From Candidatus Spongiisociaceae bacterium (GTDB lineage: Bacteria > Actinomycetota > Acidimicrobiia > Spongiisociales > Spongiisociaceae): a stretch of DNA of 64,000 bases. Shown here one piece after another: positions 21,811 to 36,269 of this stretch. The stretch's first letter is position 1. The number at the start of each line of letters is the position of its first letter. Made by a program: the position numbers and the translations under genes. The notes below the pieces were generated by a model. It worked only from the letters and a program-made list of their open reading frames with translations. It was not told the origin of the DNA and ran no database searches. The stretch spans positions 64,001 to 128,000 of the forward strand of contig OZ241841.1 in NCBI GenBank assembly GCA_965202665.1, in the 5' to 3' direction.

Positions 21811-22575
21811 TTACGCCAAGGCGATCCGCTCCCAGAAAGGGGAGCCGGCCGCGGCCGCCGCCAGCCAGGCGGTTGCCGCCATAAAAGGCCCGAAGGCCAA
21901 AAGGTCCCCGCCGGTGCGCTTACCCGCCGCCATCAGCAAAACTCCGGCGACCGCCCCGGTTGCGAAGGCGGCCAGCAGGGACAGGGCCGCCCACCGCCAT
22001 CCCGCGTAGCCGGTGAACAAACCCAGCAGGAAAGCCAGTTTCACATCCCCGTAACCCAGCCCGCCCCGGGCCAGCAGGGCCGCGGCCAGCATCACCGCGA
22101 AGCTCCCCGCCCCGGACGCCGCCGCCTCCCCCAGCCGGGCCGACTCCCCCGCCGCCAGCGAACCGGCGGCCAGCAACGCGCCGCCGACCGCGATTCCCGG
22201 AAACAGAATCCGGTTGGGCACTCGCATCTGCTCCAAGTCGATGACGGCCAAGGCCAGGGCGATGGAGGCGAACCACAGGTAGGCGGGGAGGACCGGGGAG
22301 GCCCCGATTGCCAGAACGGTGGCCGCCCACAACCCTCCGCAGGCCGCCTCCAGCAACGGGCCCCGCGCCGGAATGCGCATCCCGCACTGCGGGCACCGAC
22401 CGCGGCGGGCCGCCCACCATCCCAGCGGAACCCAGTCCCATCCCCCCCTCCGCCCGCAATGGGAGAACCGCCCGGCCCCGCCTCCGCCCGGCCGTCGGTC
22501 GGCCCAGGCGAACAGGGGACGGGCGGCCAGCATCCCCGACAAAGCGGCCCAGCCGGCCCAGGCCGCCAAACTCAT
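21811..22575 (-). CDS. Prepilin peptidase (A24 family)
   Basis: CPQC, IDLEQMRVPN, GLGYGDVKLA, FGPFM; multiple TM segments. Confidence 0.9.
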   Translation of the reverse strand: MSLAAWAGWAALSGMLAARPLFAWADRRPGGGGAGRFSHCGRRGGWDWVPLGWWAARRGRCPQCGMRIPARGPLLEAACGGLWAATVLAIGASPVLPAYLWFASIALALAVIDLEQMRVPNRILFPGIAVGGALLAAGSLAAGESARLGEAAASGAGSFAVMLAAALLARGGLGYGDVKLAFLLGLFTGYAGWRWAALSLLAAFATGAVAGVLLMAAGKRTGGDLLAFGPFMAATAWLAAAAAGSPFWERIALA

Positions 22576-23347
22576 CGGCCCGCCTCGGCCAGGGCCTGCA
22601 GCATTACGCGGGCGGGAACCGTCTTTCCCGTCCAGATGCGGAACCCGGCGACGGCCTGGCCCACCAGCATCATTTCCCCGGTCGCCACCGGCCGTCCGGC
22701 GGCCCGCATCCGCAGCATGGCCGGAGTGGGTCCGTGCCCGTAGTTCATTTCAAACAAACCGACCGCTTCCTCCAGCACCGCCTCCGGCAGGGACTCGCCC
22801 TCCAAGCCGAGGGGGGTGGCGTTCACCGTCACCGCCCCCGGAACCGGCCGCCCCCAGGGGACGGTCCGCGTCCCCGCCGCCGGTCCCTCCGCCAAGGCGG
22901 CGGCCGCCTGCGGACGGCGGGCCGACACCCACAACTCCCTCCCTTCCAGCGCCAGCAGGGCGGCCGCCGCCGCCCCGCCCGCCCCCAGCACCAGCGCCGG
23001 GGCCCCGTCCGGGAGGCGGGCGTCCTCCCAGGCGAAGGCCACCCCGTCCGGGTCGGTGGTGTGGCCGTGCAACATTCCGTCCCGTAGCCACAGGGTGTTG
23101 GCAACCCCGCACCGCTCCGCCTGCGGGGTGAGGCGGTCGCACAACTCCGCGGCCAGCCTCTTGTGGGGCATGGTCACGTTGGCCCCGTCCAGCCGCCCGT
23201 CCCGGATTTCCCCCGCTCCGGCCCGCATCCCCGCCTCGTCCACCCGGCGGCGGCCGTAACGGCCTTCCATTCCGATGTGGCGCAGGGCCGCCCCCATTAT
23301 CACCGGCGACAGCGAATGCTCCACCGGGTCGCCGAAGATAGTGAAAT

Positions 23348-23351
<4 letters not shown>
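22572..23351 (-). CDS. aroE: Shikimate dehydrogenase
   Basis: GDPVEHSLSP, NVTMPHK, LGAGGAA, NATPLG. Confidence 0.95.
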
Positions 23352-24471
<1,120 letters not shown>

Positions 24472-24475
<4 letters not shown>

Positions 24476-24914
24476 TTCCCCCCCTCCCGCCCCCGGCGGT
24501 CCAGGTAACCCTGCAGCATCACCGCCGCCGCCGTCTTGTCCACCGCCCCCCGCCGGGCCGCCCGGCCCGCCCCGGCCGCGGCTAAAACCCGGTCGGCGAT
24601 GCGGGTGGTGAACCGTTCGTCGTACAGTTCCACCGGCGCCGACAGGGCTTTTTCCACTTCGGCTGCGAACCGGCGGGCCGCCCGCGCCGAATGATGTTCG
24701 GTCCCGTCCAGGGAAACCGGCAACCCCACCACCACCGATGCGGCCCCGTACTCCTCCATTATTTCCCCCAGGCGGGTCAGGAGACGGGGATCCCGGCGGC
24801 GGATGACCTCCACCGGCTGGGCGGTCAGGCCCAGGCCGTCCGACACCGCCACCCCCACCCGGGCCGTCCCGTAATCCAAACCCATTATCCGGCGGACGGG
24901 CGGACGGGGGGGGC

Positions 24915-24918
<4 letters not shown>
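24472..24918 (-). CDS. ruvX: Holliday junction resolvase-like RuvX/YqgF
   Basis: GLDYGTARVGVAVSD, VVGLP, DERFTT, DKTAAAVMLQGYLD. Confidence 0.95.
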
Positions 24919-27551
<2,633 letters not shown>

Positions 27552-27563
27552 GGCCCTGCCAGG

Positions 27564-28976
27564 TTAGCCGGGCGCCGGTTCTTTCCCCGACCGGTCGGAC
27601 CGGGCCCGGGGCGGGCGTCCCAGCCGGGCGTCCCATTCCGCCAAGCGGCGGGCCGTCTCCGCTTCCGCTCCCTGTTGGGTGGGCCGGTAGAAGACCATCC
27701 CCTCCGCTTCGGGGGGCAGGTAGGCCTGTTCCACCAGATGGTCCGGGAAGTCGTGCGGGTTGAGGTAGCCGGGGGCCCGTCCGTCCACCGCCTCCCCGAC
27801 CAGCCGCCCGCCGGTGGAGCGCAGATGGGTGGGCGTAGCCGCCTCCGGGGCGGCGGCCACCGCTTGCCGGGCGGCCAGCATCCCGGTTTTCACCGAATCC
27901 GATTTGGGGGCCGCGGCTAGGAAGACGGCCGCCTGCGACAGGTTGAAGGCGGCCTCCGGCAGGCCCACGTAGGCCAGGGCGCGGGCGGCGGCCACCGCCT
28001 GCGGGAGGGCTTGCGGTTCGGCCAGTCCCACATCCTCGGAGGCGAAGATCACCATCCGCCGGGCGATGAACTCCGGATCCTCCCCCGCCTCCAGCATGGT
28101 GTGCAGCCAGTAGAGGGCCGCATCCGGGTCGGAACCCCGCAGGGATTTGATGAAAGCCGAGATGACGTCGTAGTGGCGGTCGCCTTTTTTGTCGTAGCGG
28201 ATGATGCGCCGCTGCAGGGCCTCCTCCATGTCCTCCACCGTGATGTTGCCCCGCCCGGCCCCGCGGGCCACCACCGCCGCCACCTCCAGCGCGTTGAGGG
28301 CCAGGCGGGCGTCCCCTCCCGCTCGTTCCGCCAGGGAAATTCGGGCTTCGGGGTCCATGACGAGGGGCGGCGCGGCGGATTCCCGTTCCATGGCGGCCAG
28401 GCCGGATTCCTCGTTGGACAGGGCCCGCTCCAAAAGGTCGCCCAGCTCGGCGGGGGGAATGGGTTCCAGCCGGAAAAGGGTGCTGCGGCTGATCAGGGGG
28501 GAGTTCACCTCGAAGAACGGGTTCTCGGTGGTGGCCCCCACCAGGATGACCGTTCCGTCCTCCGCCGCCGGGAGCAGGGCGTCCTGCTGGGCTTTGTTGA
28601 AGCGGTGGATTTCGTCCAAAAACAGCACGGTGCGCTCCCCTCCCTCCTCCAGGCGGCGGCGGGCCCGGTCCAGAACCTCCCGCACGTCCCGCACTCCGTG
28701 GGCGGAGGCGGACAACTGTTCGAAGGAGGCCTCCGTTTCGGAAGCCACCAGCCGCGCCAAGGTGGTTTTGCCCGTTCCGGGCGGCCCGAACAGGATCATC
28801 GACGTCGGGCAGCCCGTTTCCACCATGGTTCGGAAGGCGGCCCCGGGGGACAACAGGGCGGGCTGGCCGGCCACTTCCTCCAAGGTGCGGGGACGCATCC
28901 GGTCGGCCAGCGGAGCCGCCCGGCGACGGCGCTCCTCCCCCTCCCGCGCGAAAAAGGCGGGCTGGCCGCCGATCAT
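27564..28976 (-). CDS. rarA: Replication-associated recombination protein A (MgsA)
   Basis: PLADRMRP, GPPGTGKTT, DEIHRFNKAQQD, GATTENP, SAFIKSLRGSDPD. Confidence 0.96.
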   Translation of the reverse strand: MIGGQPAFFAREGEERRRRAAPLADRMRPRTLEEVAGQPALLSPGAAFRTMVETGCPTSMILFGPPGTGKTTLARLVASETEASFEQLSASAHGVRDVREVLDRARRRLEEGGERTVLFLDEIHRFNKAQQDALLPAAEDGTVILVGATTENPFFEVNSPLISRSTLFRLEPIPPAELGDLLERALSNEESGLAAMERESAAPPLVMDPEARISLAERAGGDARLALNALEVAAVVARGAGRGNITVEDMEEALQRRIIRYDKKGDRHYDVISAFIKSLRGSDPDAALYWLHTMLEAGEDPEFIARRMVIFASEDVGLAEPQALPQAVAAARALAYVGLPEAAFNLSQAAVFLAAAPKSDSVKTGMLAARQAVAAAPEAATPTHLRSTGGRLVGEAVDGRAPGYLNPHDFPDHLVEQAYLPPEAEGMVFYRPTQQGAEAETARRLAEWDARLGRPPRARSDRSGKEPAPG

Positions 28977-30757
28977 CCACCCCCGTTGGGGGAGGCAGGG
29001 GAGGCGTCTAAGGCGCGGCGGGCGGCGGGAGTCAGATCCAAGCCCAGTTCCCGCAACCCGGCGTCGGGCACGATGGTGGGGGCGGTGGTGAGCGGGTCGG
29101 CCCCGGTCTGGGTTTTGGGGAAGGGGATCACCTCCCGGATGCTGGGTTCGTCGCGCAGGATGGCGACCAGCCGGTCGATGCCGATGGCGAAGCCGGCGTG
29201 GGGCGGGGTTCCGTAGCGCAACGCTTCCAGGAACCATCCGAAGCGGCTTTCCGCCTCCCGGGGGGAGATGCCCAGAATGTCGAACACCGCCCGTTGCGTG
29301 TCCGGGTCGTGGATCCTCACCGATCCCGACCCCAGCTCGGACCCGTTCAACACCAGGTCGTAGGCTTGGGAAACGGCCCGCAGGGGATGGTCGCGCATTT
29401 CCTCCACGGAAACCGGGGCGGTAAACGGGTGGTGGGAGGGTACCGGGACTCCCCCCTCCCCCGCCTCGAACATGGGGAAGTCGGTCACCCACAACAATGC
29501 CAGCCGGTGGTGGCCGTCCGGGCGCCCGAAGTCCAAGCGGAGCGTCCCCAGCACCTCCCCCGCTATGTCCGGGGAGTCGGCCGCCAAGGCCAAAACATCC
29601 CCCGGTTGCGCGTCCAAGGCGCGGGCTACGCCTGCGGTTTCGGCATCGGATAGGAACTTGGCCACCGGGGAGCGCAAACCCCCGTCCTCTTCCGCCACCG
29701 CCCACACCAGCCCGGCCGCTCCCAGTTCCCGGGCCCTGGCGATCAGACCGTCCAGCTGCGCCCGGGACATTTCCCGAGGGCCCAGGTTGATTCCCCGCAC
29801 CGCGCCGCCCCCGTCCAACGCGGCGGCGAAGCCCCGGAAGCCGGTGCCTTGGAATATGGGGGTGAGGTCGGCGATTTCCATCCCGAAGCGCAGGTCGGGC
29901 TTGTCGGAGCCGTAACGGTCCATAGCCTCCCGGTAGGTGAGGCGGGGCAGGGGCAGGGCGATCTCCTCCCCCCGGCAGCGGCGGATCACCTCCGCCATCA
30001 CCCGCTCCACGGCTTCGAACACCCCCTCCCGCCCCCAGAAGGAACCTTCCAGGTCCAGCTGGGTGAACTCCGCTTGCCGGTCGGCCCGGGTGTCCTCATC
30101 CCGGTAGCAACGGGCGATTTGGTAGTAGCGCTCCACTCCGGAGATCATCAGCAGCTGTTTGAACAGCTGCGGGCTTTGCGGGAGGGCGTAGAAGCGGCCC
30201 GGGCGGTGGCGGCTGGGCACTAGGAAGTCGCGGGCCCCCTCCGGGGTGGAGTTGATGAGGGTGGGGGTTTCCACGTCCATGAAACCCAGGCCGTCCAGCG
30301 TTTCCCGGATGGCCCGGATCGTCCCGGTGCGGGCCCGCAGGTTGGCGGCCATGCGGGGGCGGCGCAGGTCCAGGTAGCGGTGCCGCAAGCGGGCGGCTTC
30401 TTCGATTTCGGCCCGGTCTTCGATCATGAACGGCAACGGGTCGGCGGGACCCAGAACGGTCACTTCATCCGCCGCCACTTCCATCTCCCCGGTTTCCAAA
30501 TCCGGGTTTTCGCTTCCCTCCGGGCGGCGTTGCAGAATCCCGGACACGGACACGCAGTATTCCATTTTCAACCCGGCCGCGGCCGGGGCCCGCTCCGGGT
30601 CCACCAGGACCTGCGCCAGTCCGGAGCCGTCCCGCAGGTCGAAGAACAGGACCCCGCCCAGGTCCCGCACCCGCACCACCCATCCGGCCAGACGCACCCT
30701 CTCCCCCGCCAGCTCCGGGGTCATCTGCGCCGCGTGATGGGTGCGGTAGGGGTTCAC
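28973..30757 (-). CDS. aspS: Aspartate--tRNA ligase
   Basis: YRTH, RYLDLRR, PEGARDFLVP, LPQSPQLFKQLLM, PPHAG; GTG start 30757. Confidence 0.97.
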   Translation of the reverse strand: MNPYRTHHAAQMTPELAGERVRLAGWVVRVRDLGGVLFFDLRDGSGLAQVLVDPERAPAAAGLKMEYCVSVSGILQRRPEGSENPDLETGEMEVAADEVTVLGPADPLPFMIEDRAEIEEAARLRHRYLDLRRPRMAANLRARTGTIRAIRETLDGLGFMDVETPTLINSTPEGARDFLVPSRHRPGRFYALPQSPQLFKQLLMISGVERYYQIARCYRDEDTRADRQAEFTQLDLEGSFWGREGVFEAVERVMAEVIRRCRGEEIALPLPRLTYREAMDRYGSDKPDLRFGMEIADLTPIFQGTGFRGFAAALDGGGAVRGINLGPREMSRAQLDGLIARARELGAAGLVWAVAEEDGGLRSPVAKFLSDAETAGVARALDAQPGDVLALAADSPDIAGEVLGTLRLDFGRPDGHHRLALLWVTDFPMFEAGEGGVPVPSHHPFTAPVSVEEMRDHPLRAVSQAYDLVLNGSELGSGSVRIHDPDTQRAVFDILGISPREAESRFGWFLEALRYGTPPHAGFAIGIDRLVAILRDEPSIREVIPFPKTQTGADPLTTAPTIVPDAGLRELGLDLTPAARRALDASPASPNGGG

Positions 30758-31998
30758 GCCGTCACCCGCCCAGAGGCGCGGGCCCAGGCCGCCAGATCGC
30801 CGGCGGGCATGGTTCGTTCGTCCCCGGAACTCAGGTCTTTCACCTTCACCAGGCCCTCCTCCCATTCCGCTCCGATGATGGCCGCCACCGCCGCGTCCCG
30901 CCGGTCGGCGGCGCGGAACTGGGCTTTTACCGGCCGCTGCCCGGCGGTTAGGTCGCAACGCACCCCGGCCGCCCGCAGACGGCGGGCGTAGTCCTGGGCG
31001 AGGGCCCGCAAGCCGGGGTCGGCCACCACCAGGAACACGTCCAAAGCACGGGCGGGGGGGCGGTTCCCCAGGGCGGCCAGGATGCGGTCCAGTCCCAAAG
31101 CCAGACCCACTCCGGGCAGGCGGGGGCCGCCCAGCAGGGCGGAGAGACCGTCGTAGCGTCCGCCGCCGCCCACCGCCTTCTGGGCGGCCTGATAACCGGC
31201 CGGTTCGTATTCGAAGACGGTGCGGTTGTAATAGTCCAGTCCCCTAACCAGGCGAGGCTCCTCCCGGAAGGTTATGCCCCTTTCTTCCAAACCCGTTTTC
31301 AGGAGCCGGTAGTGGGCGGCGGTTTCCTCCCCCAGGTGATCCACCGGGGCGGGGGCGCCGGCCGTGGCTTCCCGGTCGGCTTTGGAGTCCAACACCCGCA
31401 GGGGGTTTTGCTCCAGGCGTTTTTGGGCGTCGGGGCTGAGGAGGGCGCGGCGCCGGCCGAGCCAGTCGGCCAGGAGGCGGTGGTAACGTTTCCGGTCGGA
31501 GGGGTCGCCGATGGAATTAATGAGGATTTCCACATCGGCCAGGCCGCATTCCAGCAGATACCGGTAGCCGAGTTCGATCACCTCCAGGTCGGCTTCCACA
31601 TCGTCCGCCCCCAGGTATTCCACCCCCAGTTGCCAGAACTGGCGGCGACGGCCCTCTTGGGGTCGTTCGTGGCGGAACATGGGACCGGAATAGGCCCCTT
31701 TGAACTCCCCGGTCCGTCCCGCCTGCAGGTAGGCCCGCACCACCCCGGCCGTGTTCTCGGGGCGGAGCGTCAAGCGGCGGCCTTTGCGGTCTTGGAAGGC
31801 GTACATCTGTTTTTCCACCACCTCGGTGTGCTCCCCCACCCCCCGGGCGAAAAGTTCGGCGCTTTCGAAGACGGGTGTGGCCACCAGCTCGTAGCCGTAA
31901 CGTTCGGTAAGCGTGTCCCATACCCGCAGCAGGCGCCGCCACATGCGGGAGTCGGGCGGCATTATGTCATCGGTGCCTTTCGGGGCGCGCAGGTTCAC
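30754..31998 (-). CDS. hisS: Histidine--tRNA ligase
   Basis: APKGTDD, LRPENTA, FRHERPQ, LVRGLDYY, GGGRYDGL. Confidence 0.97.
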   Translation of the reverse strand: MNLRAPKGTDDIMPPDSRMWRRLLRVWDTLTERYGYELVATPVFESAELFARGVGEHTEVVEKQMYAFQDRKGRRLTLRPENTAGVVRAYLQAGRTGEFKGAYSGPMFRHERPQEGRRRQFWQLGVEYLGADDVEADLEVIELGYRYLLECGLADVEILINSIGDPSDRKRYHRLLADWLGRRRALLSPDAQKRLEQNPLRVLDSKADREATAGAPAPVDHLGEETAAHYRLLKTGLEERGITFREEPRLVRGLDYYNRTVFEYEPAGYQAAQKAVGGGGRYDGLSALLGGPRLPGVGLALGLDRILAALGNRPPARALDVFLVVADPGLRALAQDYARRLRAAGVRCDLTAGQRPVKAQFRAADRRDAAVAAIIGAEWEEGLVKVKDLSSGDERTMPAGDLAAWARASGRVTA

Positions 31999-32660
31999 GG
32001 GGAGCCCCCCCCGGTCACTTCCGTTAGGAAAAAGTTGGTGCGCCGTTCGCGTCCGATGGTGGTGGGCGGGCCGTGACCGGGGAGCACCCGCGTCTCGTCG
32101 TCCAAGGGGAGCACCTGCTCCGCCATGCTCCTCATCAGAGTCTGGTAGTCCCCTCCGGGCAGGTCGGTGCGTCCCACTGAACCTTGGAAGAGTTGGTCGC
32201 CGGAGAAGAGGATTCCCTCGGATGGGATGCGGAAGCAACAGTGGCCCGGGGTGTGCCCGGGGGTGTGGAGGGTCTCCAATTGGATGCCCGCCAGCTCCAG
32301 GACAAGTCCGTCTTTGAGGGGCTGGTAATGCTCGGGCGGGGCGTAGTCGCCCGGGGGGACCATTCCCAGCAGGGAGCGCAACTGGTCTTCGGGACGGGCG
32401 GTGAGGAAGTCGTCGTCGGGGTGGATGTAGGCGGTGATGCCGCTGGAACGGGTCAGGGGCCCCGCCCCGCCCACATGATCCACATGGCCGTGGGTGACCA
32501 GCAACGCCGCCGGAATCAGATTGTGGACGGCTAGCAACTCCAGTATGCCGCGCCCGTCGGGCGGGGCGTCGACCACCACCGCCGGGCCGCCCGCTTCTAG
32601 GGCGACGACGTAGGTGTTGGTGGCGGCCAGCCAGAGTTCGCGTTGTTCGATCAGCATCAC
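31995..32660 (-). CDS. MBL-fold metallohydrolase (glyoxalase II-like)
   Basis: THGHVDH, HTPGHTPG, FSGD.LF, GRTDLPGGD, PGHG. Confidence 0.93.
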   Translation of the reverse strand: MMLIEQRELWLAATNTYVVALEAGGPAVVVDAPPDGRGILELLAVHNLIPAALLVTHGHVDHVGGAGPLTRSSGITAYIHPDDDFLTARPEDQLRSLLGMVPPGDYAPPEHYQPLKDGLVLELAGIQLETLHTPGHTPGHCCFRIPSEGILFSGDQLFQGSVGRTDLPGGDYQTLMRSMAEQVLPLDDETRVLPGHGPPTTIGRERRTNFFLTEVTGGGSP

Positions 32661-32669
32661 CGGTGGAGG

Positions 32670-34064
32670 TTAGCCGGAGGACGCGACAAAACCTTTCCCC
32701 GGCGAGCCCTCCGCCCAGGCATCCCGCACTTGAAACCCCTCCGGCAGGGAGACGACCTTGCGCAGGGACCCGTCCTCCCCGTCGAGCAGGCTGATCGTCG
32801 AGCCGTCCGCGTACAGCGCTTCGTCCTCCGCCGTCAACCACACCCGGTGGTTCCGTTGCGGGAAGTCGAATGGGATGATCCGGTCGTCGACGGTCGCTAT
32901 ATGCTCCACCGTCCCCGATGTCACATGGACCCGGTACAGCGACCAGTAGTCACCCCGGTCCGGGAGGAATAAGGTGAGAAAAGCATCGGCGGCGTATATG
33001 GGCCCGTCGTGGAGGACGCGCGCCGATCTCCAATAGCCGACCCCCGGTTTTTCCACTGTGCGCAAATATTTTTTGGTTCTCATATCAGCCACAATTATTT
33101 CATTGATTTGATAGTCATATTCTTCGGGCCCCGCCTTGTATCCGGGACCGGTGAAATACAGCGGTATGGTTTCGTAATATGCTAACGCTATAAGCTCTTG
33201 ATCGTTTACCCCTACCACCTCCGGGCATATGGAAAGGTTGTATATGTTGCACCGAAGGAACCGTTTAGTAAGAACGCTCTCCAAAATAATTCTTTCGTTT
33301 TCCGACACCATTAGCAGCTTGTTTCCCACGACCGCCTCCACTCGGTATGGGTTCTCCAGTTGTTCCATGAAAAAGTTTCTGCCCGTACCGACCTCAAATC
33401 CATCAACCAACGTAGAATCCAAATCGCTGGGCCCGGAGCGCTGGATTATCCAAATTCGCTCTCCGTCCGCGCTAGCGACAGCATGCGGGTACTGCTGGTA
33501 TATCGGAAATGCGCTGGGCTCAGTATGGAAATCAGAAAAAAGATAGGCTAGACAGTCATATCCGGAAACGGCAATCACCTCGCCGTTGGGTGTGAAAGAT
33601 ATATCCTCCCGATAATATAGCGCATCAGAATAAAGAAAGGAAGGGTCATAAGCATACGTTGTGATCTTGAGCTCACTCAAGTCAACGACCATAATATCTG
33701 TCAGATATTCGTCAACCTCTATTGCCAATATTTTACCCGACAGCTGTGGTCCGTCCCATAGAAAGCGGCTCTCCGATACGCTAACGGGTAAGGTAACTGG
33801 CGGTTCATCATCGCATTGATCTTTCTGTAAATCAAAAACTGTGGTGGTAGTATTAACAACAGTCGTATCCGACGCTTCCATAAAACTCTGCTGGACAGGC
33901 TCCTCTATCAGCACAGCAGCAGACGTAGCGCCTGCATCGCATTTTGCGGGATCATCAAGATCACAGGTCGCCGCTTCAGGAGAGCCTCCCCAAATAACTA
34001 TCCCTAAGCAAATCAATATAAATGCCGAAAGAACCACGGAAAAAATACGATTCACAGCGACCAT
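32670..34064 (-). CDS. Hypothetical exported/membrane-anchored protein, low GC
   Basis: 464-aa ORF; hydrophobic N-terminus, Thr-rich linker, beta-rich body; co-oriented between rel and the MBL gene. Confidence 0.75.
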   Translation of the reverse strand: MVAVNRIFSVVLSAFILICLGIVIWGGSPEAATCDLDDPAKCDAGATSAAVLIEEPVQQSFMEASDTTVVNTTTTVFDLQKDQCDDEPPVTLPVSVSESRFLWDGPQLSGKILAIEVDEYLTDIMVVDLSELKITTYAYDPSFLYSDALYYREDISFTPNGEVIAVSGYDCLAYLFSDFHTEPSAFPIYQQYPHAVASADGERIWIIQRSGPSDLDSTLVDGFEVGTGRNFFMEQLENPYRVEAVVGNKLLMVSENERIILESVLTKRFLRCNIYNLSICPEVVGVNDQELIALAYYETIPLYFTGPGYKAGPEEYDYQINEIIVADMRTKKYLRTVEKPGVGYWRSARVLHDGPIYAADAFLTLFLPDRGDYWSLYRVHVTSGTVEHIATVDDRIIPFDFPQRNHRVWLTAEDEALYADGSTISLLDGEDGSLRKVVSLPEGFQVRDAWAEGSPGKGFVASSG

Positions 34065-34079
34065 ACAAGAATCCCTGGG

Positions 34080-36269
34080 TTATGGGCCGGTGGTTCTTAA
34101 ACGGACCGCCTCGTAGACGCTGGCCACGTTGCGCATCTGGCGGAGAATTCCATCCACCTGTCCCGGGTCGGACAACTCCACCTCGTAACGCAACACCGCC
34201 ACCCGGTCCCGATCGGTGCGGGTGGAGGAAGCCACGATGTTCCCCCCCGCCTCGGAAATGACCTCGGTCACATTCGCCAACAGCTTGGGACGATCCAAAG
34301 CCTCCACCTGAAACCAGACCGTGAAACTACGCACCCAGTCCGGCACCCACGACACCTCGATCATCCGCTCCGGCCGCTCCCCCAGCCGCTCAATGTTGGC
34401 GCAGTCCGCCCGATGCACCGACACCCCCCGCCCCACCGTCACGAAGCCGGTTATGTCATCCCCCGGCACCGGCCCGCAACAACGGGCGATCCGCACCCAC
34501 ATATCATCGTAACCCTCCACGATCACCCCCTCCCCCGCGGGCCGCAAAGCGGGACGGGAGGGACGCCCCGCCGGTTCCAAATCCAAATCCTCCGGCCCCT
34601 CCGCCAACCGCCGCATGCGGGCGGCCACCGTCAGCGGCGACAAACCCCCGTCCCCCACCGCCACATGCATGGCGTCCGCATCGGCGTAACCCAACGCGGT
34701 AGCCGTCTCCGCCAGCAACCCGGTCCGCTCCCCGGCGGGGACTGCCACCCGCTCCCGGCGCAGGGCGTCCTTCACCCGCACCCGGCCCTCCTGCAGGGAA
34801 GTTTCCCGCCGGGTGCGGCTGAACCATTGCCGGATGCGGGAGCGGGCCCGGGAGGTGCGGACGAAGCCCAGCCAATCCCGGGTCGGCCCGTAGTCCTCCG
34901 CTTTGGTGGTGATGATCTCCACGATGTCCCCGGAGGACAGCTCAGTGGCCAGCGTGACCAGCCGCCCGTTCACTTTGGCCCCCGCGCACCGGTGCCCCAC
35001 CTCGGTGTGAATGGAATAGGCGAAGTCCACCGGGGTGGCGCCCCGGGGCAGGGTGCGCACCTCCCCCTGTGGGGTGAGCACGAACACCTCGTCCCGGTAC
35101 AAATCCAGTTTCAGGTTGTCCAGGAACTCCACCGGGTCGGGATGCTCCTCCCACACCTGCCTCATATCGGCGATCCACGGCAGTTTTTCGCTGTCCGCGC
35201 CCTGCTTGTAACGCCAATGGGCGGCGATTCCGAACTCGGCCCGGGCGTGCATCTCGTGGGTGCGGATTTGCGCCTCCAGGGGTTTCCCGTCCGGGCCGAC
35301 CACCGTGGTGTGCAGGCTCTGATACAGGTTGAATTTGGGCATGGCCACGTAGTCTTTGAACCGCCCCTGCACCGGGGCCCAGGCGGAGTGGATCAGCCCC
35401 AGGGCGGCGTAGCAGTCGGTAACCTCCCTCACCAGAATCCGCACCCCGATCAGGTCGTAAATGTCCTCGAAGCTGAGCCGGCTGTCCATCATTTTGCGGT
35501 AGATGGAATAGTGGTGCTTGGGGCGCCCGCTCAGCTCCGCCTCCACCCCGGCCGCCTCCAGCATCACCCTTATCTCCCCGATGACTTTTTCTATCACCGC
35601 CTCCCGTTCCGGGGCGCGGTGCGCGATCAGGTCGTCTATTTCCTGATAGCGGCCCGAATAGAGAATCTTGAAAGAACGGTTTTCCATCTCGTGCTTGATC
35701 TCTTGGAAACCGAGACGGTGGGCCAGCGGAGCCAAAATCTCCAAGGTTTCCCGGGCCTTCACCCGGCGCCGCTCCTCGGGGAGGGGATGTATGGTGCGCA
35801 GATTGTGCAGTCGGTCGGCCAGCTTGATGATCAGCACCCGCACGTCCTGGGCCATGGCCACCATCATCTTGCGCACCGTCTCCGCCTGCGCCTCCTCCCG
35901 GGACAGGTCGAATTTAACCCGGTCCAGTTTGGTCACCCCGTCGATGATGCGAGCCACGTTGGAGCCGAACTCCCGCTCGGCGTCCTCCACGGTGAAGTCG
36001 GTGTCCTCCACCGTGTCGTGCAACAGGGCGGCGGCGATGGATTCGGCGTCCAAGCCGTAGGCGGCCAACACCTGGGCCACCGCGATGGGGTGGGTGATGA
36101 ACGGATCGCCGGACAATCGGAACTGGCCGGCGTGGGTGCGCTGGGCTATGTCGTAGGCCCGCATCACCAGCTCCTCATCGGCGGACGGGAAATGGCGGCG
36201 CAGGTCGTTGAGGATGGGGGCTAGTTCGGAGCGGGCGGCGTCCAACCGGGCGGCGGCCGGCTCAGGCAT
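34080..36269 (-). CDS. relA: Bifunctional (p)ppGpp synthetase/hydrolase Rel
   Basis: HD domain ALLHDTVED, KLADRLHN, RFKDY, YQSLHTT, TGS TPVDFAY, C-terminal ACT. Confidence 0.97.
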   Translation of the reverse strand: MPEPAAARLDAARSELAPILNDLRRHFPSADEELVMRAYDIAQRTHAGQFRLSGDPFITHPIAVAQVLAAYGLDAESIAAALLHDTVEDTDFTVEDAEREFGSNVARIIDGVTKLDRVKFDLSREEAQAETVRKMMVAMAQDVRVLIIKLADRLHNLRTIHPLPEERRRVKARETLEILAPLAHRLGFQEIKHEMENRSFKILYSGRYQEIDDLIAHRAPEREAVIEKVIGEIRVMLEAAGVEAELSGRPKHHYSIYRKMMDSRLSFEDIYDLIGVRILVREVTDCYAALGLIHSAWAPVQGRFKDYVAMPKFNLYQSLHTTVVGPDGKPLEAQIRTHEMHARAEFGIAAHWRYKQGADSEKLPWIADMRQVWEEHPDPVEFLDNLKLDLYRDEVFVLTPQGEVRTLPRGATPVDFAYSIHTEVGHRCAGAKVNGRLVTLATELSSGDIVEIITTKAEDYGPTRDWLGFVRTSRARSRIRQWFSRTRRETSLQEGRVRVKDALRRERVAVPAGERTGLLAETATALGYADADAMHVAVGDGGLSPLTVAARMRRLAEGPEDLDLEPAGRPSRPALRPAGEGVIVEGYDDMWVRIARCCGPVPGDDITGFVTVGRGVSVHRADCANIERLGERPERMIEVSWVPDWVRSFTVWFQVEALDRPKLLANVTEVISEAGGNIVASSTRTDRDRVAVLRYEVELSDPGQVDGILRQMRNVASVYEAVRLRTTGP

